Shown here one piece after another: positions 46,574 to 64,000 of a DNA stretch of 64,000 nt. The notes under the pieces were generated by a model. That model searched no databases and was not told the origin of the DNA. It was given only the letters and a program-made list of their open reading frames with translations. Origin of the DNA: Euglena gracilis (lineage: Eukaryota); NCBI GenBank assembly GCA_039621445.1, contig CP154954.1, positions 1,488,001-1,552,000 on the forward strand, in the 5' to 3' direction. A program made the position numbers and the translations under genes. How positions within the stretch are numbered: position 1 is the stretch's first letter; every line of letters starts with the position of its first letter.

Positions 46574-47426
46574 TGGGAAGTTTAATTTATTTAATTGTCT
46601 CTTAGTGAGTTTATTTATTAATATTAACTCGATTTTCGAGTAATTTTTATGACTGCCGTTACGTTAGTGTTTTATTGCATGGATAAATGTATTGTGGTAT
46701 AATTAAACCAAGGAATTTGTCAAACCACGTTTCCTTTAAGTTTGAATTTTTTTTGGCCAAAACATGATGCTTCGGAAAAAATAAGACAATCTGTTTATAG
46801 AAATCAGTGAATTTCGTAATATTTTTCTTTTAAAATTTTAAACGATATGAATAATATCCTCGAGTGTTTGGAAAATGACTATGTTTCTTCGCTAATATAA
46901 AAGATTAATCACAAAATTCAACAAGATAGGTTGAATCATAGTGAGAATATTAGGTAATCTTCTGATAAGAGTTTTATTTTGTTGTACATTATAGTTATTG
47001 CTACTTTGTATTTGGTTCTTTGTGTTATGTGTGTGCTTTTTAGTTGTAAATCTTTTGCTAGTAAGAAGCGTGTCGTTCATTGTCGATTTGGACGAATATT
47101 TATAAAATGCTACAAGAGACCAAAATGTCTTTATACTTCTTATATTGCTGCTGAGTACCCTATATTTTGTGATATTGAAAAATATTAAGGTAAGGTTCCT
47201 AGACTTTCATACGTAAATGCTCATGCGCACAGTTTAGGTGTTATGCTTTTACCCCTGATCTTGTGAATTCTTTTCATTCACAAGAAATAACTTAGCTTAA
47301 TTCCTAGTGTAAATTTTTCCGTACTTTAACGTGTGGCTGGGACAATTTTTTTATTTTTAATTAAAATACCGTATAAATTTTAAAAAATAAAAAAATCAAA
47401 AGGAAAATTTTTTATTTTTCAAAGAT

Positions 47427-47500
47427 CACTATTATCTTTTATTATTATAGAATACCTTTGATAAGGGTAGGGTCGTGGATTGAATCCTTGTATTAGCCAA
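47427..47500 (+). pseudogene. Pseudo-trnI(GAU) in rRNA leader 3
   Basis: Same as 38705-38778. Confidence 0.7.
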
Positions 47501-47522
47501 ATATTTCTTTTCTTTAAAATCC

Positions 47523-47576
47523 TAAGGCGTAGGTCTCCAAAACCTGATGTAGTAGGTTCGAATCCTACAAAGCGCG
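47523..47576 (+). pseudogene. Partial pseudo-trnW(CCA) in rRNA leader 3
   Basis: Same as 32885-32938. Confidence 0.85.
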
Positions 47577-47657
47577 CTTTTAGTGAGAACATTATAGTAA
47601 ATGTGCCCCTTGCTTGGTCACCAAGAGGGTGAGAGGATTTGACCAACTTTGATGTTT

Positions 47658-48401
47658 TGGAAATGACGAGTTTGATCCTTGCTCAGGGTGAACGCTGGCG
47701 GTATGCTTAACACATGCAAGTTGAACGAAATTACTAGCAATAGTAATTTAGTGGCGGACGGGTGAGTAATATGTAAGAATCTGCGCTTGGGCGAGGAATA
47801 ACAGATGGAAACGTTTGCTAATGCCTCATAATTTACTAGATCTATGTGAGTAGCTAGTTAAAGAGAATTTCGCCTAGGCATGAGCTTGCATCTGATTAGC
47901 TTGTTGGTGAGGTAAAGGCTTACCAAGGCGACGATCAGTAGCTGATTTGAGAGGATGATCAGCCACACTGGGATTGAGAACGGAACAGACTTCTACGGAA
48001 GGCAGCAGTGAGGAATTTTCCGCAATGGGCGCAAGCCTGACGGAGCAATACCGCGTGAAGGAAGACGGCCTTTGGGTTGTAAACTTCTTTTCTCAAAGAA
48101 GAAGAAATGACGGTATTTGAGGAATAAGCATCGGCTAATTCCGTGCCAGCAGCCGCGGTAATACGGGAGATGCGAGCGTTATCCGGAATTATTGGGCGTA
48201 AAGAGTTTGTAGGCGGTCAAGTGTGTTTAATGTTAAAAGTCAAAGCTTAACTTTGGAAGGGCATTAAAAACTGCTAGACTTGAGTATGGTAGGGGTGAAG
48301 GGAATTTCCAGTGTAGCGGTGAAATGCGTAGAGATTGGAAAGAACACCAATGGCGAAGGCACTTTTCTAGGCCAATACTGACGCTGAGAAACGAAAGCTG
48401 A

Positions 48402-48433
<32 letters not shown>

Positions 48434-48526
48434 TTGGCCGTAAACTATGGATACTAAGTGGTGCTGAAAGTGCACTGCTGTAGTTAACACGTTAAGTATC
48501 CCGCCTGGGGAGTACGCTTGCACAAG

Positions 48527-48607
<81 letters not shown>

Positions 48608-48675
48608 AGGATTTGACAGGATCTAGGAGGAAGTTTGAAAGAACGCAGTACCTTCGGGTATCTAGACACAGGTGG

Positions 48676-48740
<65 letters not shown>

Positions 48741-48996
48741 TTTTTTAATTAACGCTTGTCATTTAGAAATACTGCTGGTTATTACCGGAGGAAGGTGAGG
48801 ACGACGTCAAGTCATCATGCCCCTTATATCCTGGGCTACACACGTGCTACAATGGTTAAGACAATAAGTTGCAATTTTGTGAAAATGAGCTAATCTTAAA
48901 ACTTAGCCTAAGTTCGGATTGTAGGCTGAAACTCGCCTACATGAAGCCGGAATCGCTAGTAATCGCCGGTCAGCTATACGGCGGTGAATACGTTCT

Positions 48997-49034
<38 letters not shown>

Positions 49035-49153
49035 GGCTGTGCCCGAAGTTATTATCTTGCCTGAAAAGAGGGAAATACCTAAGGCCTGGCTGGTGACTGG
49101 GGTGAAGTCGTAACAAGGTAGCCGTACTGGAAGGTGTGGCTGGAACAACTCCC
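47658..49153 (+). rRNA. rrs: 16S rRNA copy 3
   Basis: Universal SSU motifs intact. Confidence 0.97.
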
Positions 49154-49239
49154 TTTAGTTTTTTAACTAAAAAAATGTATAGATTGGAAACAATGAAAAA
49201 TAAAAAAAATAAGTAGGGAAACCTCTTATTTTTCCAAGA

Positions 49240-49313
49240 GGGCTATTAGCTCAGTTGGTTAGAGCATACCCTTGATAAGGGTAAGGTCGCTAGTTCAAGT
49301 CTAGCATGGCCCT
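49240..49313 (+). tRNA. trnI-GAU: tRNA-Ile(GAU)
   Basis: Same as copy 1. Confidence 0.96.
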
Positions 49314-49322
49314 CTTGGTTTT

Positions 49323-49395
49323 GGGGGTATAGCTCAGTTGGTAGAGCGCTGCCTTTGCAAGGCAGATGTCAGCGGTTCGAGTCCGCTTATCTCCA
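49323..49395 (+). tRNA. trnA-UGC: tRNA-Ala(UGC)
   Basis: Same as copy 1. Confidence 0.96.
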
Positions 49396-49411
49396 AAAAG
49401 GTTTTGATGTA

Positions 49412-51333
49412 GGTTCAAATGAACAAGGGCTTATGCGGGATTGCTTGGCATTTAGAGTCGAAGAAGGGCGTAGAAATTAACGATATGCTTTAGGGAGCTA
49501 AAGACGAGCTTTAATCTAAAGATTCCCGAATGGGGCAACCTATTACTTTAACATTACAATGAAATGGTATACAAATAATGTAGAGAACTTGGTGAACTGA
49601 AACATCTTAGTAGCCGAAGGAAAAGAAAGCAAAAGCGATTTTCTTATTAGTGGCGAGCTAACGGAAATCAGCCTAAACCTTTATGGGTGTTGTGGGTATA
49701 TTATAATTACTGAAAAAGATAGAGAATTTGTTGAAAACAAAATCAAAGAGGGTTTTAAATCCCGTATTTGTTTTTAAAAAGTAATTTTTGATTTTCCCGA
49801 GTAGCATAGAGCACGTGGAATTCTGTGTGAATCAGCGAGGACCATCTCGTAAGGCTAAATACTCCTAAATGACCGATAGTGTACGAGTACCGTGAGGGAA
49901 AGCTGAAATAGAACACTGAGAAGTGAGTGAAATAGAATATGAAAGCATAAGTTTACAAGCAGTAGGAGATCTATTTAAAGATTGACTGTGTGCCTGTTGA
50001 AGAATGAGCCGGCGACTTATAGGTGATGGCAAGGTTAAGGTTTTTCCGGAGCCATAGTGAAATCGAGCTTAAATAAAGCGAAAAACTTTCTTCTTGAAAG
50101 TTTATGTCATTGCTTATAGACCCGAACCCAGGTGATCTAATCATGGTCAGGTTGAAGTTTTGGTAAAACAGAATGGAGGACCGAACCCACCAATGTTGAA
50201 AAATTGGGGGATGAACTGTGATTAGGGGAGAAATTCCAATCGAACTTGGAGCTAGCTGGATCTCTTCGAAATGCGTTGAGGCGCAGCGTTTAATTATGGT
50301 AAACATTAGGGGTAAAGCACTGTTTCGATGCGGGCTATGAAAATGGTACCAAGTTGTGGCAAACTCTGAATACTAAGTTATATTTCAATTAATCAGTGAG
50401 ACAGTGGGGGATAAGCTTCATTGTCAAGAGGGAAACAGCCCAGATCACTACTTAAGGCCCCTAAATAATTACTAAGTGGTAAAGGATGTACTATTACATA
50501 GACAACCAGGAGGTTGGCTTAGAAGCAGCCATTCCTTTAAAAAGTGCGTAATAGCTTACTGGTCAAGTGATAGTGCGCCGAAAATGAACGGGACTAAGTA
50601 ATTTGCCGAAGGTGTGAGAGAAATCGGTAGAAGAGCGTTCTGTGTTGAAGAGAAGGAATAGTGAAAATAGTTCTGGATTAAACAGAAGTGAGAATGTCGG
50701 CTTAAGTAACGAAAACATTGGTGAAAATCCTATGCTCCGAAAACCTAAGGTTTCCTTAGCCAGGTTCGTCCTCTAAGGGTTAGTCAGGTCCTAAAATAAG
50801 GTTTAACAACGTAAATTGATGGATGACAGGTTAATATTCCTGTACCGAATGCTCACTTGTAAGGAGTGACGAAAAAGGCTAGATCGGCCACGTGATGGTT
50901 TGTGGTTTAAGGGTTCAAGAGGTATCAAATATTAAAAAAAATATTTTGTCTTAAGGCCTGAATAGTATAAATACTACGGTATTGAAAGTGATTGATGTCA
51001 TGTTTCCAAGAAAAACTTTTGTTTATGTATAGTGAGCTCGCCTGTACCGTAAACTGACACAGGTAGGTTAGTAGAATATACTAAGGAGCGCGAGATAACT
51101 CTTTCTAAGGAACTCGGCAAAATGACTTCGTAACTTCGGAAGAAGAAGTACCTCTAATGAGGTGGCAGAAAAGAGGTCCAAGCGACTGCTTACCAAAAGC
51201 ACAGGTCTCCGCGAAGTTGAAAAACGATGTATGGGGGCCGAGGCCTGCTCAGTGCAGGAAGGTTAAAGAAATTGGTTAGCGTAAGCAAAGCTAGTGACTG
51301 AAGCCCCTGTGAACAGCGGCAATAACTATAATT

Positions 51334-51386
<53 letters not shown>

Positions 51387-51874
51387 TTAACGATTTGGAC
51401 ACTGTCTCAGAAAGAGACTCGGTGAAATAGAATTGACTGTGAAGATGCGGTCTACTTGCACTTGGACAGAAAGACCCTATGAAGCTTTACTGTATCCTGA
51501 AATTGGTTTCGGGCTTTTTTTGCGCAGAATAGGTGGGAGGCTATGATCTTGTCTTTTGGGATACGGGGAGCCGAAAAATGAGATACCACTCTGAGAAAGC
51601 TAGAAATCTAATCTTAATCTTATGTACAATCATGATAATTGACAGTTTCAGGTGGGCAGTTTTACTGGGGCGGTAGCCTCCTAAAAAGTAACGGAGGCGT
51701 ACAAAGGTTTTCTCAGGCTAGACGGAAATTAGTTGTGGAGTGTAAAGGCATAAGAAAGCTTGACTGTGAGACTTATAAGTCAAACAGAGACTAAAGTCGG
51801 TCTTAGTGACCCGACGGTGCTGTATGGAAAGGCCGTCGTAAACAGATAAAAGTTACTCTAGGGATAACAGGCTG

Positions 51875-51934
<60 letters not shown>

Positions 51935-51951
51935 ACCTGGGGCGGTAGTAC

Positions 51952-51986
<35 letters not shown>

Positions 51987-52297
51987 TACGTGAGCTGGGT
52001 TCAGAACGTCGAGAGACAGTTCGGTCCATATCCGGTGTGAGCGTTAGAGTATTGAAAGGCGCTTTCCTTAGTACGAGAGGACCGGGAAGGACGCACCACT
52101 GATGTACCAGTTTTTGTGCCAACAGAATACGCTGGGTAGTCAAGTGCGGAGTGGATAACTGCTGAAAGCATATAAGTAGGAAGCCCACCTTAAGATAAGT
52201 ACTCTTCATAGGTCACGGTAAGACGAACCGTTTGATAGGTATTAGGTGTACAATTGGTAACAATTTTAGCCGAGATATACTAACCGACCGAAAATTT
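49412..52297 (+). rRNA. rrl: 23S rRNA copy 3
   Basis: Uninterrupted LSU sequence; ends approximate. Confidence 0.97.
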
Positions 52298-52377
52298 TTT
52301 CCTATATGAAAACAAAACATTTATTTTTACTTGTCACTTTTTTAAGATTTAAAAGTTTCTTGAATGAACTTTTATTT

Positions 52378-52493
52378 TAGGGTGCTCTTGTCTTTATGGA
52401 TCCACTTAAAACATTTCGAACTTGCAAGTTAAACATAAAGGGTAAATGGATACTTGGAAGGTTGCTTTCTGGGAAAAGCTTTTAGTGCCCTTA
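52378..52493 (+). rRNA. rrf: 5S rRNA copy 3 (variant 3' half)
   Basis: 5' half identical to copies 1 and 2; five substitutions in the 3' half. Confidence 0.88.
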
Positions 52494-53758
52494 TCGCGAG
52501 TTTATTTATTAATATTGAGTATGTTTTTGATTGATTTTTATGAATTTTGTCGATTTCTTTGTTAAAGTAGTTAAAATCTTTAAAGTTTTGATAAAAAATT
52601 TTTCTCTCAACAAGTTAAATAATAAAAAAACATCATGTTTGAACTTTTTGTAAAGAAATTTTTAAGACAATCTTTGAATAAAGAAAAAGTGACTCTTAAA
52701 AATTTGAACTCTAATACTTTTTTGGTTATGATTTTTTGTCAATTTAATAATTATTTATACTATTGCTTAAAATTTTTTCTAATATTGAGCTAGTTTAAAC
52801 TTTGTTATTTTACTATAATACCATAAATTTGCCAAACTTTCCTATTACAAGAATTGAAGATTGTTATTTTTTCAAGTTAGGACAAAAATTGTACGTCAAT
52901 TTTGTTAAAAATACTTTAATTTTTTATGGTTTATTTTCTCTATTGTATGTGTAACACTTGACCTATTTATATTAGTAAAAATGGTTCTAATTTTATCAAA
53001 TTTCCATCTAATCAACTAAATATAGAATTAGAGCATCGTTTTCGTTATAAATTTCAATATAATATTTAATGAAAAAATTTTTTTAATAAAAGCCAAATTT
53101 TTATTAAATGGTAAGAACAAGTAATTTTTTTACAAAAAATATAAATTATTAAATTTTTAGAAAACTCCTATGATATGAAAAAAACAAGACAATAATTTTT
53201 TAGTATCAAATTTAATAAAGAGGCAAATTTTTCAATTTTTAAAGTTTTGAGTTAATAAAAACAATTTGTTCATATAATACCATTTTAATTTTTTCAACTT
53301 TTTTGAAAAACTAATAGTTTTATGTAGTGTAATATCAAAATTTATGTTATAAAAAAACTATTATTTAACAAGAGTTCGTTTATTTTTTTCGAAAATTTAT
53401 TTATTTAACTCAGCATCTAATTTGTCTTTAATAATGGAGAGTAATGAAACTAAAAGAGAAGTAAGCATTAACAGGTTGGTTGCAAACTTCCGTAAGAAAG
53501 CCTTTGAAAATAAAGGATTAAAAAAGCTCGTTCTTGGTTAATTAATTTTGGCCATGAAAATAATGCGAAAAATAGTACTTCTGCAAAATTGTATAAACAT
53601 CGAAGTAATTGTTTTAAAACATTATTTTTTTAAGGGAACTTTTTGTTTTATTAAATATTAAGGTTAGTTAATTTATATGCATTTAAAATTAATTTTAAAA
53701 AATCCATTATACTATTAATGTCAAATCAAAGAAACAGACTGTTTGAACTTTGTGAGAA

Positions 53759-56700
53759 ATGGTAAATGGTTGTAGAGTACGCTCTAATTTATTAGATTTG
53801 TGAATTAATTCTTAACTTTGGTTTTATTTATTACAAATAAATAAATAATTTTTTTGGTATGTTTATGTTAGATAAAAATTTTACTGATGATACAACGAAA
53901 TAGTTTTCGCTCCTTTTTAAAAAAGGGTTTGGTAGAAGAGTTAAGAAAAATAAAAGATATAGCTCATGAAGGCTTTAGGATAAGCTTTCAAACAGATAAT
54001 GTGAAATATAAAAAGCCTAAAATATCTGCTGAATTTGCATTGAAAAACGGGGAAACATACAGTTTATCTGTTCATATACCTGTTGAAGTTACCTATAATA
54101 ATATGTTCCTTGTTAGGAGAGATTTTTATTATTTTTCCTATTAATTTTATAATATATTTTTCATTATAATAATAAGTTTTTTTTTAGCAAAAAAGAATTT
54201 ATTATCTTATTAAATAAATATATATTATTTGCAAAAATTCCTTTAATGACTGAAAAAGGTACGTTTATTTTTAACGGTAATAAAAGAATTATGGATGTGG
54301 TTTATATTATTACTTTTAATTTTTTATTAATTATATTTATAAGTTAATTTTTTTTTAATTTTTAGGTTTGAGTTTTTTTAATTCATTTTTAACCAAATTA
54401 TTCGTAGTCCTGGCGTTTATTTTGAAAAAAATCGTTATAATGATTCCATATTTGCGACGTTAATACCAACTTTTGGTAGTTGGTTAACTTTTAAAATTGA
54501 TGTGCGTTTTTAAATGTTATTTAGTAATTTGGATTTTTAAATTATATTTTTACATTAAATTAAATTCTTTTTTAAAATTGAAAATTTTTTATATTTGGGT
54601 CAAGACGAGGGAATTTTCGTTAAAGTAGACAAAATAAAGACAGCTATACCTTTAATAAATTTTTTGAAATGCTTAGGCCTATCCCGAAAAAAATTTTTTT
54701 TGTATCTTAACGATCCTATTTTTATAGAAACGTTACAAGAAAGTGAGTCTTATGGTATTAGATTGGAATTTTTCGAATTTTATAAAATATTTTTTCCAAA
54801 CGAAGTTAATGTTCGTTTTTTGAGATTTTTATATGTTTGATTTTATTATTTTATATTATTTTTTTAGTTAATAAGATATTAATATTTTTTTTATTTTTTC
54901 AGATGTTTTTTTATCTGAAAGGAAATGCCCGAAAATTTTTACGTTCAAAGTTTATGGATCTTGAGTTTATTCGTGTATTTTTTGTAATTTACAAAAGTTA
55001 AATTTTTTATAGATTATTTTAAAATTTTTTGATTTATTATTTTATGCCAGCATTATTAGCCGAGATTAAACACGTAAATATGATTTGGGTGAAGTAGGTC
55101 GCTTTAGGGTTAATACTAAAATTTATAGATCCGAATTTTTTCAAAGTAATAGAACTTTGCAACCCGAAGATGTTTTGGGTATAGCTCATTATTTGATTGA
55201 GTTAAAGAAAGGTTGGGAAATAATGAAGAATAATAGTATCTTTATTTGTTTGTTTATTTAAATTTATTAAAATTTTTATTTATTATAAAAATTTTTTAGC
55301 AATATTTTATTAATGATACCTTTTGATGAGATCGATGATTTAAAAAACAAATTAGTACGTAGTATAGGTGAACTTCTTCAAAGTCAATTCCGAATTATTT
55401 TAAATGAATTAGAATCTAGTTTAAAAGAAAAATTGATATTTCTTTATAAAAATCCTTCTGAAAAAACTTTTAGATTATCTAGATTTTTTAATTCTTACTT
55501 TATAACTAATCGTATTCGAAAGTTTTTTTCTGTTAATCCACTTTCTCAATTGTTAGATGATACAAATTCTTTGTCTGAGCTTACACATAAAAGGAAGTTA
55601 AGTCCCTTTGGTCCTAATGGTCTTAATAAAGAAAGAACAAAGTTAGATGTAAGAGAAATAAATACTAGTCAATATGGAAGGGTTTGTCCTATTGAGACAA
55701 GTGAGGGAAAAAATGCTGGTTTGATTTTATCTTTAGCAAAAGATGTAAGAGTTGATAAGTATGGATTTTTAGAAAGCCCTTTTTATAAGGTTTTGAGAGG
55801 AAAGATAGAAACCAATAAAGGAATTTATTTTATTTCTTCTGCGCAGGAAAAATATTTTACAGTAGCTCCGTTTGATGTCTTTAGAAGTTCTCAAAGTAAT
55901 CTTTTAGATAAAAATAAGCTTCTAGGTGTTAAAAGAAGTAAAATTTTTTCATATTCTTTCTCAAAAAATATTGATTTTATAAGTATTTCAACAGATCAAT
56001 TTACTTCATTAGGTACAGGCTTAGTTCCTTTTTTGGAGCATAACGATGCTAATAGGGTTCTTATGGGTTCAAACATGCAACGACAATCTCTTATTTTATT
56101 GGAAAAGGAAGTTCCTTTTATAAAAACTGGACGCGAGGCTTTAATTAATCGAGAAAGTGATGCCACGGTTTTAGCAAAAAGTAGTGGAAAAGTAATTTAT
56201 TCTAGTTTAAAAAAAATAGTTATTCAAGAGGAAGAATATTGTGCTAATATTGAATTTTTTAATAAAAATTATTCTTTTTTTAATTTATTGGGGTGCTTAA
56301 ATGAAATATCTCAAAAAAATTTTAAACTTATTAAAAAAGTTAACCAAAAAATTTATTTTTTAGAGTCTCCTAAGAAATCGAATCACGGTGTTTATAATCA
56401 GAAAATTCCTATTGTTCATGAAGGTGAGTGGGTTAGAAAAGGACAAATTATAGCTGATGGTATGAGTACATTAAGAGGTGGCATTTGTTTAGGAAAAAAT
56501 GTTTTGGTCGCGTACCTTGGATGGGAAGGTTATAATTTTGAAGATGCCGTAATTATTAGTGAAAGGCTTGTTTTTGAAGATATTTTTACTTCTATACATA
56601 TGAAAAAATTTAAAACTTTTATTGTAAATGATGAAAAAAAAGGTGTGCGAATTTAAATTTAGTTAATTTTGAAAATTTAATTCTTAATTTTATTTTTCGT

Positions 56701-58007
56701 AAATTTTGGTATAAATATTATTTAGAGATATTTAATTATAACTTTTATTTGTTTTTTAAAATTATTAATTTTTTTTATAACTTTTTCAAAAATTTATATT
56801 TAGCTTTTTTTCATATTTCATTATTAATGAAAAATTAAATTCAATTAAAATTTTTTGATTTAAATGAAAAATGTTTATTTTATTTAATAAAGCTAAATCT
56901 ATTATTAGTTTAGATGTTTAGTTTGAAAACGAATATTAATTTGTTAAGTTTTAAGAAAATATTAGTATGTTTATTCCTAATGCAAGTTTAAAAACTATTA
57001 AAAACTTGAAAAATAATGGTATTATTAAAATAGGTTCAGAGATTAAAGCACAGGATGTTTTAATTGGAAGAATTAAAGTTAAGTTAAAAAATACGCCAAA
57101 AAATAAAATGTTAATAGCATTTTTTGGCAATAAGGTACGAAAAGACGTTTCTTTACGTTCTCCTCGCTCTTTGGTAGGTATTGTTACAAGTGTTGAGATT
57201 TTATGTAAAAAGTCGAATTGTTCTGTTCTTATTCATGTTGCCGAAAAACGCAGAATACAAATAGGTGATAAAATTGCAGGACGGCATGGTAATAAAGGTA
57301 TAATTTCGAAAATTGTTCCGTCTATAGATATGCCTTTTCTTCCTGATGGTACACCTGTTGATATGATTTTAAATCCTCTAGGCATACCATCTAGAATGAA
57401 TGTTGGTCAAGTCTTTGAAAGTTTGTTAAACTTGTCTTCTTTATTTTTGAAAGAAAGGTATAAAATTCAACCTTTTGATGAAGTCCAAACAAGTATGAAT
57501 TCAAAATCTTTTGTGTATAAAAAATTAAATGAAGCGCGTAAAAGAACTAAAAAAGATTGGCTTTTTAATCCAAATTATCCAGGAAAAGCCTTTTTATATG
57601 ATGGTAGAAATTGTAGGCCTTTTGATCACCCTGTAGCTTTTGGTTATGCGTATATTTTAAAATTAATACATATGGTTAAAGACAAAATTCATGCGAGAGT
57701 TACCGGCCCTTATTCTTCAGTAACTCAACAACCTTTACGTGGAAAATCGAAAAATGGTGGACAAAGGTTTGGGGAAATGGAGGTTTGGGCTATAGAAGGA
57801 TTTGGTGCTGCATATTTGTTGCAGGAGTTATTAACTATTAAATCTGATGATGTATTAAATAGATCAGAAGCGTTATTTAGTTTAATAAATGGTACTTATT
57901 TTTCTAAGCCAAATATTCCCGAAGCTTTCAAGTTATTTATTTTAGAAATGCAATCTTTATGTATTGATATTAAAATTTTTACAAATAATTATAAAAAATT
58001 CGATTAG
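53759..58007 (+). CDS. rpoB: Plastid RNA polymerase beta, multi-exon with short group III and group II introns
   Basis: MVNGCRVRSNLLD/IQRNSF; KIPLMTEKGTFIFNG; NQIIRSPG; YGRVCPIETSEGKNAGL; GDKIAGRHGNKG; GGQRFGEMEVWA. Confidence 0.97.
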
Positions 58008-58091
58008 TTAAATTTTTGAGTTATTTTTTTTTTTATGAAGTTTTTATGGTCAATTAAGACCTGATACTTATTTTTATTTATTTTTGTATTT

Positions 58092-61551
<3,460 letters not shown>

Positions 61552-61642
61552 ATACTTTAATTTTTTGTATGAGCTAAGTAGTTTTAAAGTTTATTATTTT
61601 ATTGATTTATTTCAATAAGTTTGTTAAATTATTATTTTAATT

Positions 61643-64000
61643 ATGAATTTCGGAAATATAGTATGTTTTAATAGAGTTTTTGATAAAAATGAAATTAGAA
61701 ATTTAATTAGCTGGTTTTTGTCAAATTATGGTAGTATCCGAACAAAAGAGTTATTGGATAAAATGAAAAATTTTGGTTTTACCTATGCAACAACCACTGG
61801 ATTATCATTAGGACTTGGAGATCTTAAAATTCCTTCTTCAAAAGCAAATTTGGTTAAAAGTTCTGAAAAAATTTTATTTAAAACGAGAAATCGATATAAA
61901 AATGGTATGATAAATTTCATTAATGTTTTGGATGAAGAAAGGGATATTTGGAATGTCGTTAATGAAAATTTGAAGAAAGAATCTATTAATAATTTGAGAC
62001 AATCCGACTTTTTGAATCCTTTGTATTCTATGACTTTGTCAGGTGCAAGGGGTAGTATTACACAGGTGAAACAATTGATAGGTATGCGAGGACTAATGTC
62101 CGATTCTCAGGGTAATGTAATTCCTTTTCCAATAAAAACTAATTTTAAAGAAGGTTTAAATATTACTGAATATTTTGTTTCTTGTTACGGTGCTAGAAAA
62201 GGCTTAATTGATACTGCTTTAAAAACAGCTAATGCTGGGTATTTAACTAGACGAATGATTTATACAGCACAAAACTTAATTGTAAAAAGGTCGGATTGTT
62301 TTACAAAATATAATACGTGCGTATTACTACAAAACCAAGATAAAGAAGAACTAAAGTTTTTGAAGGAAAAATTAATTGGTAGAGTATTAGCAAAAACTAT
62401 TGTTAATGCCAAAACAGGTGATATTTTAGTTAGTGCTGGTCAAGATATTTGTAATGTGTGGTTCGAGCTACAAAAATTTTAAAATTTAAGGAATGTGGCA
62501 AATTCTTTTATATTAATTTTTATCTAAGATTATTATACTTTAAAATTAGCGAAATTCTAATAATATACAGATCATTGTTATTAAACATAATTTCCTTTTT
62601 ATTAGAATAAAAAAACAGGATTAAAATTTCAAAGTATTAAAAGTATTTGAAATAGTAATTTTATATGGTTTACAGAAAATTAAGAAACTAAAAAGCTTCA
62701 ACTTTTTTTATAATATTTTATTACACTTTGTTATTGAAAATTAAGGGGGAGTTATATTAGGAGCCATTTTAAAACATACCTTTTATGTATAGTAGTTATG
62801 GTATAAACGAATTGAATTTTTATTTATAAGGATGGAATATGAAGCAAAAGGTCTGAACGATGTTATAAAAACGTTTAAAATACTCTATGAAAAGTAGTAG
62901 GTGTAATCACCGGCATATGCTGATATATTTCTTAAATATCATAAAAAGTTTATGATTTTTAGGTAGCCGAGTGAAAAAGAATTTTCATGCTCGGTTTCGA
63001 ATGAGAAATATTTTTATTAAATATTAACTTTCAGTCTATACGTTTAAAAAAATTATTAATTTTCCCGAGGTTTATATTCGTACACCTTTTAATTGTGTAT
63101 TAATGGAAGGCATATGCCAAATATGCTATGGTTGGAATTTAGCCTGTGGCAAAATGGTAGAACTTGGTGAATGTGTAGGAATTTTAGCTGCTCAATCAAT
63201 AGGTGAGCCTGGTACGCAATTAACAATGCGAACTTTTCATACGGGTGGTGTTTTTTCTGCAAAGGCAAAAGAAGTTATAACATCTCCTTTAAATGGAAAA
63301 ATATGGTACGATTTGAAGTGTGTATCGTTTTTAATTTTACAATATTTAATGGCAGAATTAAACTTTCTATTTTAGACTAATTGTCTTTGTTATTGTATTA
63401 CAATTTTTATATTTATTACTTGTTATAGATAGTAACTTAAAGTTTTTTAAATTGATTTATATTGTAAGTTTATTTTTTTATAATTGAAATCAATTTTGCA
63501 GAATAGATAAACAAAATGTTGTTTATATTTTGTTACGTATTTTTTTAGTAAATAGAGTGAGAATAAATGGTTTTTCTAATAAAATTTATAATTTTAAACT
63601 TTATTTGATAAAACATGTTCTAAAAAACGATGTTTTAAAATAGAAGGAACGATTAAAATTAGTTTGGGGTTAGGGGATGTTTATTATTAGTATTTAAATT
63701 TATAGATCGCAATTATAAAATAAATATGAAGTATTAGCCATTAAATTAATCACAATTATAATTGAGTAGTCGTATGATATAATATATCAAGTATGACTTC
63801 GTAAAAGTGATTTTTATAGGTCAACTTTAACTACAGGGTTAAGAAGAGTTTATAATAAATTTAAGGAAAAAGCTTTTTTAACTTTGCAAGAAAAAAAAAT
63901 TGTGATTTACGAAAATGACGTTAGTAAATCTATTATTTTTTTACCTTCTAGTACGCTTTTATATGTTAAGCCAGGAAGAAAAATATTTGATAAGCAAATA
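61643..64000 (+). CDS. rpoC2: Plastid RNA polymerase beta'', 5' part (exons 61643-62455, ~63030-63317, 63832->end)
   Basis: [62 protein letters not shown]. Introns start GTGTG. Confidence 0.96.

Overview
This window is a euglenid chloroplast genome segment, almost certainly Euglena gracilis or a very close strain. It comes from an error-prone long-read-type assembly. Minus strand (about 3.3-22.2 kb): the intron-rich psbD-psbC operon, with maturase ORFs in psbC intron 4 (ycf13/mat1), psbC intron 2 (mat2) and psbD intron 8 (RT-X-HNH-like). Bases 1-3.0 kb are a fold-back copy of 3.1-6.1 kb. Plus strand: chlI, trnL(CAA), an orphan rRNA-leader fragment, a 54-bp VNTR, a 6-kb mosaic of repeats and orphan ORFs, three readable tandem 16S-trnI-trnA-23S-5S operons, then rpoB, rpoC1 and the 5' part of rpoC2. 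The first operon is degenerate and a poly-G tract probably hides a fourth. The most notable observation, from manual motif reading only, lies between the VNTR and the first rRNA operon. It is a frameshifted geminivirus-type rolling-circle Rep (motif I, HUH motif II, GRS, motif III YxxK, central domain, decayed SF3 helicase) plus a separate circovirus/nanovirus-type Rep endonuclease domain with lost catalytic residues. A possible third helicase remnant sits in the inter-operon spacers. Exon boundaries were read by eye and may be off by a few bases.
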